In this document: one piece after another, positions 52,934 to 64,000 of the stretch
Numbering within the stretch: position 1 is the stretch's first letter
Layout of the letters: each line of letters opens with the position of its first letter
Assembly: GCF_030028105.1 (NCBI RefSeq)
Contig: NC_092379.1
Location: 25,289,821 to 25,353,820 of the forward strand
Direction of reading: 5' to 3'
From: Mobula birostris
Taxonomy: Eukaryota
Length of the DNA stretch: 64,000 nucleotides
Position numbers and translations under genes: made by a program
Notes under the pieces: model-generated
Told to the model about the DNA's origin: nothing
What the model saw: the letters and a program-made list of their open reading frames with translations, nothing else
The model's database searches: none

Positions 52934-53139
52934 GTGTAACTGCGGTGCTGTCTGCTGCTGTGCTCTGTACGATTTGACAACATGGACATTTGCTCATAGA
53001 TTTAACTGTGCAGGATTTCTTCTGAGAAAATAAGCAATTTTTATAGTTCTCTGTTAGATACTGTTGCGAGAGTGTTCCTTTAAAACTCACAAATGCAATC
53101 TTTTCAAACTGTGTGCCAGTTTTATAGATATCAGATTTA

Positions 53140-53455
53140 ACGAGGAAAGCTGTTGGCGTGCTTAAGGCGTCGGTCTAGTGATCTGAAAGACACTAGTTCG
53201 AGCATTTGCTCAGGCAACCTGTTGTGTCCTTGAGCAAGGCACTTAAACACACATTTCTCTGCGACGCAACTGGTGCCAAGCTGTATCGGCCCTAGTGACT
53301 TCCCTTGGACAACATCGTTGGCCTGGAGAGGGGACACCTGCAGCATGGGCAAATGCCGGTCTCCCTTTCAACCTTGCCCAGGCTTGCGCACTGGAAGGCC
53401 TTCCGATGCGCAAATCCATGGTCTCTCGAGACTAACGGATGCCAATAACTGGGAA
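53140..53455 (+). mobile_element. tRNA-derived SINE with a conserved central domain (V/Meta-SINE-like)
   Basis: Head ggcgtgcttaaggcgtcgg...agttcgag, followed by gtgtccttgagcaaggcacttaa. Confidence 0.6.
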
Positions 53456-54520
53456 ACTTTTAGCAACATTTCCTCGACTAGTATCATCTGATCGTTCCAA
53501 AAACAAGTTTGTTTGGAACCTCTGAAAACATAAATAAGTGAATTGCGTGAATACTACCAATCATTCGAGTAAACCTGTGCACAAGATTGCATTGTGTGGA
53601 ATTTCCAAGCTTGGAGAATGTCTTTCAAGTTAACTAATTGAGGCAACGGTCATTCTAGAGGAATGCTACGCTGAACTGTATGGAACAGCACTTTAGCACT
53701 TAACAACATTTTTTTTTGATATATCTGCATGTATTGAAAAGAATAATACAATCAATAATACTTAGCTCATCAGAATCTAATTTAATCGTATACAAAAGTT
53801 AAAGCTGCAGCCTGCTTCGACTTTTTATGCCAGGCTAGAAATTATCATTGGATCAATATTATCTGCTTTCAATGTTCCAATATTATATATATATATATAA
53901 AGAGTTTTGCTGATCAGCACACGGAATTACAGGGAAGGCAATATCGTCGCCACTCAAGGTGGTGTTCTCCAATTAAATAACGACTCTTTTCCCAAATAAT
54001 CTCTCACTTTCAAATGGCTGACTGACACTAAGAACATGAAGTTCTAAACTGGCGAATCCACGATTCTATTATACAAATTTGGAACGTATAGGTAACTGCA
54101 TGTCCGTTCTTTGTGCTGTTTCTTGTGTAAGCATCGTTTCAGCTGGTTTCCAGAGAATCGGTGCAGGAAGGAACAAAAATCAAAATGAAGTGTAAAGGTG
54201 TTTTCCTCCCATGATGAAGAGAGCGCAAGCATATACAGGTGAAAGTGACTTGATTCTGACACGTAGATCTATCCTGCCGCGTTGACCAGAGAACGCTTTG
54301 TGTATTTAGTTGTGGCAAGCATATCAAATTATGTAGATGCTATTTGTATTTCGCTATGATTGAAATACATTTTGAAGGCTCAGCCGATCGTTTAAGATAT
54401 GGTTATGTCCGTGTCATACCTGGAAAATTATTTCCTGAGCACTAAACATTCTATTTATTTGAGTATCGAATAAGCCAAAAATAAAACATTTAATTTACTT
54501 ATGTGATCATGTTCTTTCAG

Positions 54521-54817
54521 TGGCAAGTACCCACCCCACTGTCTACCCTCTCCTTTCATGTGAGCAATCCAGTGCCACTGAAACAATCACCTTCGGCTGC
54601 TTGGCGACGGATTACTCCCCGGTGGGAATCATCCTCTCCTGGAAGAATGATGAAGCGCCAATCACAACAGGAGTGAGAACCTATCCGGCTGTGTTGAACA
54701 AGAAAGGAACTTACACACGCAGCAGCCAGTTAACTGTCACCGAGACACAAACAGGGAGCAGCACCATCTATTGTGTCGTTCAGCATCAACATTCATCTCA
54801 GGAAATCCCAATGAAAG
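54521..54817 (+). CDS. IGHM: IgM Cmu1 exon
   Basis: (V)ASTHPTVYPLLSCEQ...FGCLATDYSP...SWKND...TYPAVLNKKGTYTRSSQLT...IYCVVQH...EIPMK, with AG/GT boundaries in phase 1/1. Confidence 0.96.
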
Positions 54818-55499
54818 GTTAGTGCTGGAATAACTGTGGCTAAAAGTAATGCAGAGAATGTAAGGTTCAAACACAAGACGAGATATGTTTTCGTTGCACT
54901 GAAAGTACATTAACGTCTTCTGAAGATTCTATTCTCCAAGCCACATTCAATCTGCAGGGTGCCTTTGGGCCATCAAATACTATTTTGTAACGCACATTTA
55001 GATACTATTCCACAGATGTTTTACCATGGGTGGCAACACGTTTGCAGTTCATTTGTCATTATCCTAGCTCTACACTTACATAACGCCTAGATGTTTGAAC
55101 TTCCACTGCAAAGAGAGGCTTTCAACTGTGAGTTTTTTTCGTAAAACAAACGTATAAGAGAAAGACCGGAAGTCTGAGCAACTCGTTATTCTTTTTTTTT
55201 CCCTCTCTAAAGTAATAAGAACAGTGCAGAAATCGCGAAGCGCGTCGTGATTTTGAAACATTTTTTTTCTCTTTGCGCACTGTTCAAAAACATGCGAGCA
55301 TCAATAAATTTAATTACTGACACTTTCCATCCATTTCAAAAGGACACTGAATATAACACAGAAATGAGTACAGCGCAGAATAGGCCTGTCTATTGCACCG
55401 AGGTTTTTAACCACTTCAAGATCAATCCAACACATTCATCCCATTTAACTCTCAAAATGTTATTGATGCAGGAGCATTACACTCTCTAACATTCCTCCA

Positions 55500-57200
55500 A
55501 TATATCTGTCTCTACAATTTCCAGGGCGTTCAAACTTTGTGCTTCAGTGAATTTCCATCCTACCTCTCACTTAACGGGAGGTAGGTTGGAGAAAAAATCT
55601 CCACCAAAGCCGATATAAGGCGCAATTTCACTCGGCTGTCCTAAATGCTACTATTGGGAAAGATGTAGTATCTGATTAGCCCACAATCAGTGTTAACTGA
55701 AGCAGTGAGAGTAATTGGTGATTGACATATGAGCAAATGTTGGATTGAACGTCCTTGTTGTGTGTTCACGGAAGCCAGACTGGAAATCTTTGAAGAGTAT
55801 GGGTAATAGCTGGAGTCAGTCCTCGTGTAAAGTCACAGGCCAGAAGAAAGAAATCGCAAGCCACTTCTGCCGTCTTTTCCAAGGAAACAAAGTAATCATT
55901 TTCTTGGACAACCATTTTCCAAGTCATACAACACTGCAGACGATGATGGTAATGATCTCTATCAACATTCACCGGCAAAAGACACATATTCGCCGGCCTA
56001 CAATTTTCTGGTAGTACTCCTTTGACCATTGAGAAAATAAAGGCCACTGCCGAATGTGTAGGTATATCTTCCACTGATTTCTCTTGTAATATTGTATATA
56101 CCTGTCCTTTATAGCCCTCCATCCCATCTGATTCATATATCCATTTTGTTTTTTGTTTCAGCACTGAACTTTTCAAACATAATACTATTTGGCGTAATAG
56201 CCAATTCTATGCTGATTTCACATTTGCCATTGTCCAGTTTGCCGGTCAACACTAAATGATACTTTTATTATTATTATTATTTAAATGGGTGCTCTACATC
56301 CTCCGGTACTGCATATATGTTTCCTATTTCATAACTGACCGGCCCTATACTCACATATGCTTACACACCTGTTATTCCTATATGAGCAGAACGACGTTGA
56401 TGATTCGTTAATCCCACTCGGCTAGCATTCTCATGTTTCAATCTTGCACTCGCAAGACCCTTAGTTAGTCGTTTCCTGTTGACTTTAGAAATCTCAAGAG
56501 CCCTGTTTGAACTTTCCATTCACACGCCTTATGTATGTATTCTTCATTTTCTTGATCGAATGCCCCTTCGACATATCATCCATGCTCCCTTACCCATCTG
56601 TCCTTTCCTTGCTTCAACGTGGCAAGCCTTCCAGAGCTCTTTTACAGATGCGCATTAAACTACCAGGAGGTCTCCATTTGATACTTCCCTGACTATATCA
56701 TTTTCCAATTTACAGACTCAAGCTTATTCCTAACAACATGAGAATCAGCTCTCCTACGGTTGAACATTTTCATATACTGACTGCTCACATTTGTCCAATG
56801 TCATGCTACTGGTCAGGGAGTCATAGTTGCAACCTATTAAATGCTTAACCAACCGGAGACCTGTCACTTTAAAAGGTTCAGCAACAGGTTCCAGACATAC
56901 GTCATTTCCTCTAATTGGCATGTGTTCTTACTATATCAGCAATCTGTCATGGATATATCTATCACATTCTGATCCATCAAATTATATGAACCTAGGGTGG
57001 TCTCAAACAATATTAAGAACTTGTTTTTGGAGTTCATGACAACAAGCCAGTTACGTTTGCAAATTTTCAAAATCTGCCTCCCTTCCTACTCATCTGCTCT
57101 GTTTTATTCTCGGTGGTGTTAATGGAATACATCCAACAGCTTAATTACATTATATCTGTTCAAACCTTTTCTGGCAATATCTCAGTAAATGATCATTCGA
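55500..57200 (-). mobile_element. Degenerate CR1 ORF2 remnants in the Cmu1-Cmu2 intron
   Basis: Minus-strand LPENCRPANMCLL resembles the CR1 VPEDWRxANVxPL region. Confidence 0.45.
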
Positions 57201-57990
57201 TGGCCTCACCAGAGACGCAGTTGTGACAAAATCCCTCATAACAAATGCCACTCCCCCACCTCTGTTAACTCTTTCCCTCTCTATTTTGAAGAATCGAAAT
57301 AGGGAAAAATACAGCAGCCATTTCTGCCCTTGTGGCAGATCACTCTCTGTAATTGCAACATCATCTCTTTTCCAAGAAGTGATGCATGATCTGATTATAT
57401 CATACTTTATCTTAACAATCTTTTAATTTTCAACCTATTCAACAGACTATTTCCTCATAGTTTATTTACACAATTTCTGCCCAGCCCCAGCGAACAGTAG
57501 TTAACCCTACCCAACAGCTCTAAAAAGACCCCTATGACTTCTGGTTGAACACATCCCTCTTGTACAGGCCAAAATTTTCAATAAAATATTTCAGTTCTCC
57601 ATCCCCTGCTACACGTCTGCGGCCACCCCTTTACCCGTAGGTACACGAGCTTATCTCTTCAAATATAACTGAAATGTTGAACTCTCTGCCTCATTGATCA
57701 TTTGAAGCGGCCTCTTCAAGGGCCCTGGCGGGAGCCCCACAATCATGAAGACGGGAAAATGCATTGCATAGAAAAGACATTCAATTTTCTACAACTTAAT
57801 ACCTATCTGTACTTCAGCTATTTACTAGAATATTGTGAGGTATGTGCCGATATTGCGTCGGAAAAAACGGGAAATTCAATTGAATTCGTTTCTTGCTTGT
57901 GTTGTGCAATCCTCGATGATTAACGGTTTCCTTCATCAATGGCTTCTTGCCATATTAAAACCAATTTCAAATACCTTTGTTTTCTTCCAG

Positions 57991-58299
57991 TTGATGTGTT
58001 TCATCCAATCGTCGTTATCTCCGTGAACTCCCTTGACGATATTAAGAGGACGAGAAAAGGGACCGCAGTCTGTTCTATGACTAACTTCCAACCGGCGCAA
58101 TTCACCGTGAAGTGGCTGAAAAATGGACAGCAGTTGAATTCCGGTGTCGTCACCTCCCCTGCATTTGCGGTGAATGGGAACTTCTCAGCGACAAGCCAGG
58201 TGACTTTCGCGTCGACGGAATGGTTCGCAGACTCTGTCTATACATGCCAGGTTACGCACAAAAGTTACACGCAAAGCCGAAATATCAGCAGATCTCAAG
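57991..58299 (+). CDS. IGHM: IgM Cmu2 exon
   Basis: (V)DVFHPIVVIS...AVCSMTNFQP...KWLKNG...VNGNFSATS...EWFADSVYTCQVTH...QSRNISRSQ, phase 1/1. Confidence 0.96.
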
Positions 58300-58579
58300 G
58301 TAAGAGACGTATCCGGGGAAATTAGCCATGCCACTGTCAGTGTCGACCTCAGCCCAAAGTGAGAACTTCATTGACATTAAGACAAACACGGAACTGCATG
58401 TTATTCTGTTCATAATGTAGGCATCTGATCAGTGAGATAGGAGTTGTTTATAGCCGTTCTTTGGGAACTGTGCAGAAACCGAGAGATCGGAAATGTTTTT
58501 GTCCTATTCCAAAATCAACAGATTAATTTCAGATTCCTGATTCAGTTGTGGAAACTTAAGTGATGTTCATTTGCCATAG

Positions 58580-58888
58580 AAACATGCCCATGCGAAGAAG
58601 TACAAGTAACAATTCAACACCCACCAGTGGAGCAGGTCTTACTGGAGGCGACTGTCACCTTAACCTGCGTCATCACTAATGCGCCTTACGACGTCCAAGT
58701 GTCCTGGAGGCAAGGAAAGAATGAGTTGAAAACAGAGACTGCCTACCCGTCAGGAGATTCCCACCATAGCGTGATCAGCCAACTGAATATTTCGACACAA
58801 GCTTGGCTGAGTGGGGACTTAGTCGAATGCGTGGTAAGCCACGAGGAATGGCCGACCCCAAGAAGAGCACGCATCCACTGGGAAAAAC
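58580..58888 (+). CDS. IGHM: IgM Cmu3 exon
   Basis: (E)TCPCEEVQVTIQHPPVEQVLLEATVTLTCVITNAPY...SW...NISTQAWLSG...CVVSHEEWPTP, phase 1/1. Confidence 0.96.
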
Positions 58889-58964
58889 GTAAGCTGGGGC
58901 TGGTAATATATGTCTTTCGTTGGGGTGGAGAGCGGGTAGGTGGCACACTTTTTCTTTGGGGTTA

Positions 58965-59107
58965 ATCAAAATAACTGGTGGAGACCACTCAGCAGATTGC
59001 CAATATCTCCGGAAAATAGTCCGGCTGGAGTGCGTCGACAAACCATGTGGTGTTCTTATTCCTCACTGTAGACACTGCCTGATCTGCTGAACACATCATC
59101 GGAATAT
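58965..59107. mobile_element. Old Penelope-tail fold-back remnant in the Cmu3-Cmu4 intron
   Basis: Inverted arms tcagcagat (58989-58997) and atctgctga (59082-59090). Central cgtcgac and a tagacactgcctgatctgctga tail signature. Confidence 0.55.
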
Positions 59108-59763
59108 TAGATGTTCCTTAATCCTATTCAGTCTGACTGCGTGTAAGACCTGCAGGAAACCACAGATAGAGCAGAGCGAACTTGTTGATGACCATTATGT
59201 ATACCTTACCACTCCATGAATGTCCAACCTCCTTTCTACGATAACTTCCGCTTTCATCATCACTGCAAATTAACAATAATTAGTTGTCCTTTATCACGTC
59301 ACATGAACAGTCCTCCAATGAAAGTTTAACTCAGTTTTACCCTTTGTGAATATGTTCTGTGACACAACGAGGAATTGATAAAGTTTAATTCATGTGACCT
59401 GGATAACTGAATTATTCCCGACACCCAAAAAAAAAAAAAAAAAAAATGCTATAAAAGTATATGTTTAAACTCTCAGCAGAAGACCAAGTGGCATGAATAT
59501 TAACATTCATCTGAGCGGCCAAATACGCACGTAATGCGTCTCGTGTTTCAAACAATTGTGCCTTATACAGGAAAGTGATGCTGTCCTCCATGACAGCTTC
59601 TTCTTACCCCAGAACACAAGCTCAGATGCTGTAAACATTCAGAGTAGACAAATGCTGTACTTTACATATTTTACAAATTATCACCGTATCGTCTAGTCTA
59701 AAGTATCATCATTTCATCTCATTACATCCCGGTATAATTATTGTTCTCCCCGTTTGTACGCAG

Positions 59764-60093
59764 CTGTGAATCCTCAGGAACCTTCCGTCTCTGTCCTCCT
59801 TCCGCCAACAAGTGAAGAGTCCACAAAAAACACCGTAATCCTTACCTGCTTAGTGAGAGGGTTTTCGCCTCGCAGGATTTTCGTCACGTGGACAGTCGAT
59901 GACACACGGGGGGATTCACACAACTACACGAATACTGCAGCTGCCGCAGAGAACGGCAGCAATTCGTTCTTCATGTACAGCCTGTTGTCTGTTCGATTCG
60001 AACAGTGGTCCCGAAGTGCTTCTTTCTCCTGTGTTGTAGCACATGAAACCCTCCCGATGAAGATCATCACAAGAACCGTTAATCGGTCAAGTG
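59764..60093 (+). CDS. IGHM: IgM Cmu4 exon (to the internal membrane-form donor)
   Basis: (P)[14 protein letters not shown]...[17 protein letters not shown]...[23 protein letters not shown], with the internal donor G/GTAAAC at 60094. Confidence 0.96.
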
Positions 60094-60155
60094 GTAAACC
60101 CAGTTTTGTCAACGTATCCCTTGTACTGATGGATACTGTCGATTATTGTCAATGA
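60094..60155 (+). CDS. IGHM: IgM secretory tailpiece ([20 protein letters not shown])
   Basis: Contiguous with Cmu4. NVS sequon, penultimate Cys, TGA stop. Confidence 0.96.
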
Positions 60156-60183
60156 TAATTTTATCATTTACATTAAATTTTTA

Positions 60184-60199
60184 AATAAATATCAATAAA
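60184..60199 (+). terminator. Secretory-form poly(A) signals (tandem AATAAA)
   Basis: AATAAA at 60184-60189 and 60194-60199. Confidence 0.85.
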
Positions 60200-62305
60200 T
60201 ACTTTTTCCAGCAAATTTTGAACTGTCCACAAGAGCGCTTAATGGTTTCTGATGCTTGAAAAAATAAGGCCTTCGAGGGTCCCGAGTTTTTTTTTTTTTT
60301 TTTTTTTTTTTAACGTGGACCCCCATACACCAGGTATAAGACAATTGATAGCTCCGTCCTCAGAGGATTACAAGACATGTTAGAACGCAATTTCGCCAGA
60401 TACGATCCAGAGTACTGGAACTACCTATTCCCGTTTTCTCACGTCCCATTTATTCACAACTGTAGAATAGATTCAGTTATTGTGCTTTGCAGTGAAAATC
60501 GGTCCTAAGAGAAATGTTTAACACATTTTGCAAACCGAGAGGAGCTCACAATTTTTGCACTATACGGTGACGAGGTTCTCATGCGTACACGAAAATGCAA
60601 AGGCACTTCCGGATTCAAAAAAAAACTGTCGGAATCAAATAAAATATTTTCCAGGCCTGATAATATGAGTGCACTCAAATGGACACAAAGTTCTTGATGC
60701 TAAAGTCTTTTCAAATGCTCTTTCGAACAAGTGAAATATATGCACAACACAGCTTCGGAGGAATGTGGTTTGAACAGTAGGTCGACAAGGTACATCTGCA
60801 CATCACTCAAATACTTCTGCACTTAGTCGCAGTCACTAACAAGCACGCAACTATATATTTATCAAAAAAAGGGGGATTTTGTATCCCTAGAATTTCTATG
60901 AAAGTCAATATACTACTTTGCTATGTAAGTCTGGGGCAGAGAAGGCATTGTCAATTCGTTTTCATGAATAAATATCTAAGACATACAAGTTAAGTAAAAT
61001 GGGCCAACAGTTGAGAATAAAAGGTCGAGGAATCGTTTCTGGCAGGAATCCCAACTTGTGCGTTTAATTTTCTACTCAGTAAATGCACTGCTCTGTATCA
61101 TCGTATTAGTGGATCTGTTGAGGCAAAAATATGAAATTTAAGTAAGGATCTAGGGTAAGATTCAAGTATCAACTCAGTCAATATAAAATCAGTTCTCTGA
61201 TTAGATTAGTCTGATTGAACACTTTTCTTTTAACACAACTTTCTCGCAAGTGTAGGAGAAAGAATATATCCACATACTTTTATATCATTCATTCTTTCGT
61301 TATTCTCTTTTATTACACCTCGGTGTATGAAACCTCTGTAAGATGGAAACATATAAACATTAGTTTAGAGATATACATAATGATGTTTAGGCTTACATCA
61401 GCATTAGGGTTAACGAAATCCAGACATTCTAACTTTAAACTTTCATTAATACTAGAGATAATCATGTCCGTATATTCTTAATCATAGCATACACACAAGC
61501 AAAATTACTACCTTTGTTGCACATAAACAGATAAATTTGAGAGGACGTTCATAAATGGACAAGCTGGAGCCACTATGGCTTCAGCGGACATGTTCGGAAA
61601 CATGTGCACAAGGCCACCAGTCTGTTGTACATGTGCACCTATAGAGGCAAGGTGGTGAATAAATATAGAAACAAACATCCCTGCGGGGAAAAAAAAATTC
61701 ACATAAGCTTACACTAAAAAAAAATACTTCAGCGCAATTCCTGCCAAATGGATTTCGGACTGAGTCTTACAGCAGATACACAAACATTTGATAGTAAACA
61801 CGAAATATCTCAAACTTATATACAGAAATTCATGATCCCAATGGCACTATTTTACAATTTCTCTCTAATATCTATTTTAGTCATAATGTTTTGTCACGCT
61901 TATTTCGCTCTCTATTTCTGTCCATCAAATTGTGTCAATGATTTCTCAGGTGTGAATTATCAAACGTGATAATCCAATGATCTCTTGAGCACAACAACAT
62001 TATTTACTTTCAAATATCGCTCAGTATTAACCAGAGTAAACTCTTACTCACAATGTTATACAAATAGGAATGTTCAAAAACAAGAACTTTATAAATCTAA
62101 CAATTAGTGCATTTTCACTGCAATTCAGAAATCAACTTATAATTGTTTTCAGCAATTATTGCTAATTATGACATTGATACCGACATTTCATGAGAAATTC
62201 GTTATTTAAATATACCTATATCATGTTAAAAATAAGCAATGCAAGAAGTAAATGAAATCCTGCAGTGACAACAACGTGAATGTCTATCATTTCTGCTCTC
62301 GGCAG

Positions 62306-62433
62306 AGTTTGCAGAAGACATCCGGATTGAAGCCTATGCGGAAGACACAGACAACTTATGGACAACTGCTTCCACATTCATAATCTTGTTCTTCCTGAGC
62401 ATTTCCTACAGCGCTGCCCTAACTTTAGTGAAG
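62306..62433 (+). CDS. IGHM: IgM TM1 exon
   Basis: (E)FAEDIRIEAYAEDTDNLWTTASTFIILFFLSISYSAALTLVK, with an acidic spacer, the conserved antigen-receptor TM motif including YS, and a phase-0 GTGAG donor. Confidence 0.95.
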
Positions 62434-62572
62434 GTGAGAACATTTAGTTCACTTATCTTTTCCCCGCATTTGGAGATGATGACCAAATGTTCATGACGTT
62501 AACTTCTTGCGGGGGCTGAAATCTCAGACCATTACTTCATTTGTATTTTCTCCATTTCTCTTGTTTTCACAG

Positions 62573-62581
62573 GTGAAGTGA
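62573..62581 (+). CDS. IGHM: IgM TM2 exon (VK*)
   Basis: Polypyrimidine tract and cacag acceptor, then GTG AAG TGA, giving the KVK cytoplasmic tail. Confidence 0.92.
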   Translation: MK

Positions 62582-62860
62582 TGGCATGAACATAGGAAAA
62601 AGTGTTTTTTTTCCTATTGAACTCTTGACATCCGAGTTAACGTGCAGGAATGTACCACCTTTTGAAGCTAGCAAAGTCATGGTCTGAATTTCTGTTTTAA
62701 AACTGGAATGCTAATCACTGCAACTGCACAGTAATTCATAAAGCTTTACAACATGTACACATAAGTCGATTCTTTCCATGAATTATGTCATATGTTCGAT
62801 TTCTTTAACCACGACATGTCTTGTTTTCAGGCATCCAGTGCACTTGTGCAGCAAAAACAA

Positions 62861-62866
62861 AATAAA
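62861..62866 (+). terminator. Probable membrane-form poly(A) signal
   Basis: First AATAAA downstream of the TM2 stop. Confidence 0.6.
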
Positions 62867-64000
62867 TGAATTCCTTACGCAGTATGTTGGATTGTTCCAT
62901 TTTGTTAGCCATAGAGTAACCATACTGAATAATCACAATTCGTTATCACATGTTATTTTAACTTTCGCAAACTTATAGAAGAGTACCATAGTAGTCAGGT
63001 CCTTGGCACTTCCTCCGTCTGTCAAGGAAAGTGGAGATGCGAGAGGAAAGAGAACTAACAGTATTAGACGATTCATTGGTTCTGGGAACAGGTTCCATTA
63101 ACGGTCGCGAAGCTCCCGAATGGTATATTGCTCTCAGGCCTTAACGTCAGGGATATATTGGATCAATGACACTGCATTCTTGAGGCGTATCGGTTCAGAC
63201 ATTTAGCATGGTATGCAATAGTAACAATGGCAGAAATTGAATAAAGAATATTGTTCTGAATTGAGAATGCAGTGAACAGGAAAGGAGAGAGGCACAGGAT
63301 CCGGTGGGTAGTAATCTCTTCATTCAAGTTTGTGGCATGTACCGGTAATGGTAAGAATATAATTATCAGGCAGATAAATGCATTGCTGACGATTTGGTTT
63401 CGGGCCCAGGGCTGCAGATCGGTGGATCTGAATGTATGACCAGAAATGTTGATGCTGTCGAAAGTAGCGAAGGGACATATAAAAAAAAACGTTGTGCGCA
63501 GAAGTCGGGAACTTGAGGAAAACAATCTATTCACTCAACTCAGTTCATTCAACCTCGTCTTATAAGGTATGCTCCCTAATACAGGCAACGTCCTTGTAAA
63601 TCTCCTTTGCACCGCGCTATAGTTTCCACATCTTTCCTGTTAGGAGACGAGCAGAACTTCCAAAGACCTCCTTGTGGCCAGCAGGAGAAGAAGGAGCAGA
63701 TAAGCAGGCAGGTTTTGGGAATTTGCCAAAATAACATGATTGATGGCATTGGACCTTCAATTTTCCTGCCAATTATTTTGCGCCCTCAATATCCCTAATA
63801 CTTATTGACAATTATTCAGCACAAAAGCTGCAGATATGACTGAAACTATGAGGTATACCCATAACATCTGTGCGTTGAAGATAATCATTTTATCTGAGGT
63901 TTGCTAAGCTTGCTTTTCCAGTAGCAGCTGCTACTGGAAAGGGAACCAGCAGTTGTAATTAAACAACAGTTATACTGTTTGTTGTTGTGTTTTTTTTTTA

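Noticed and set aside
54818-57990. Possible hinge or extra C exon in the 3.2 kb Cmu1-Cmu2 intron
   Set aside because: No Ig-domain Cys/Trp pattern. The ORFs are CR1 remnants or noise, and Cmu1 splices in frame to Cmu2.
48676-62581. IgW, IgNAR or germline-joined IgM identity
   Set aside because: Four C domains with IgM-type motifs and tailpiece, a conventional VH with FR2/CDR2, a Cmu2 exon, and intact separated RSS argue for ordinary unjoined IgM organisation.

Overview
Eukaryotic, AT-rich genomic DNA from a cartilaginous fish, probably a batoid ray (inferred from the Ig cluster organisation and the repeat families). There are three N gaps. Bases 48.4-62.9 kb hold one complete, unrearranged elasmobranch-type IgM heavy-chain cluster on the + strand: promoter, leader exon, VH, D1, D2, JH with 23/12-22/12-12/23 RSS spacing, Cmu1-Cmu4, secretory tailpiece, TM1 and TM2, and separate poly(A) signals. 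All exons are open and splice in frame. Unusual points in the cluster are Leu in place of the conserved VH Trp41, several non-consensus RSS nonamers, an RGDS tetrapeptide in a Cmu4 loop, a short uORF before the leader, and an octamer/E-box group in the J-Cmu intron. The first ~48 kb are a retroelement graveyard. It contains a near full-length HERO-like (R2-group, RLE endonuclease) element interrupted by an antisense L1 3' fragment, and two related solo LTRs with internal minisatellites in opposite orientation. It also contains a Penelope-like element with a 5' inversion and a degenerate minimal hammerhead, many CR1 and Rex1-like fragments, SINEs and an old ~1 kb duplication. Short Penelope-tail fold-back elements recur with their inversion point at the hammerhead motif, and two of them lie inside IgM introns. 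All calls were made by eye from motifs. No database search or folding was run, and repeat boundaries are approximate unless a TSD or terminus is quoted.
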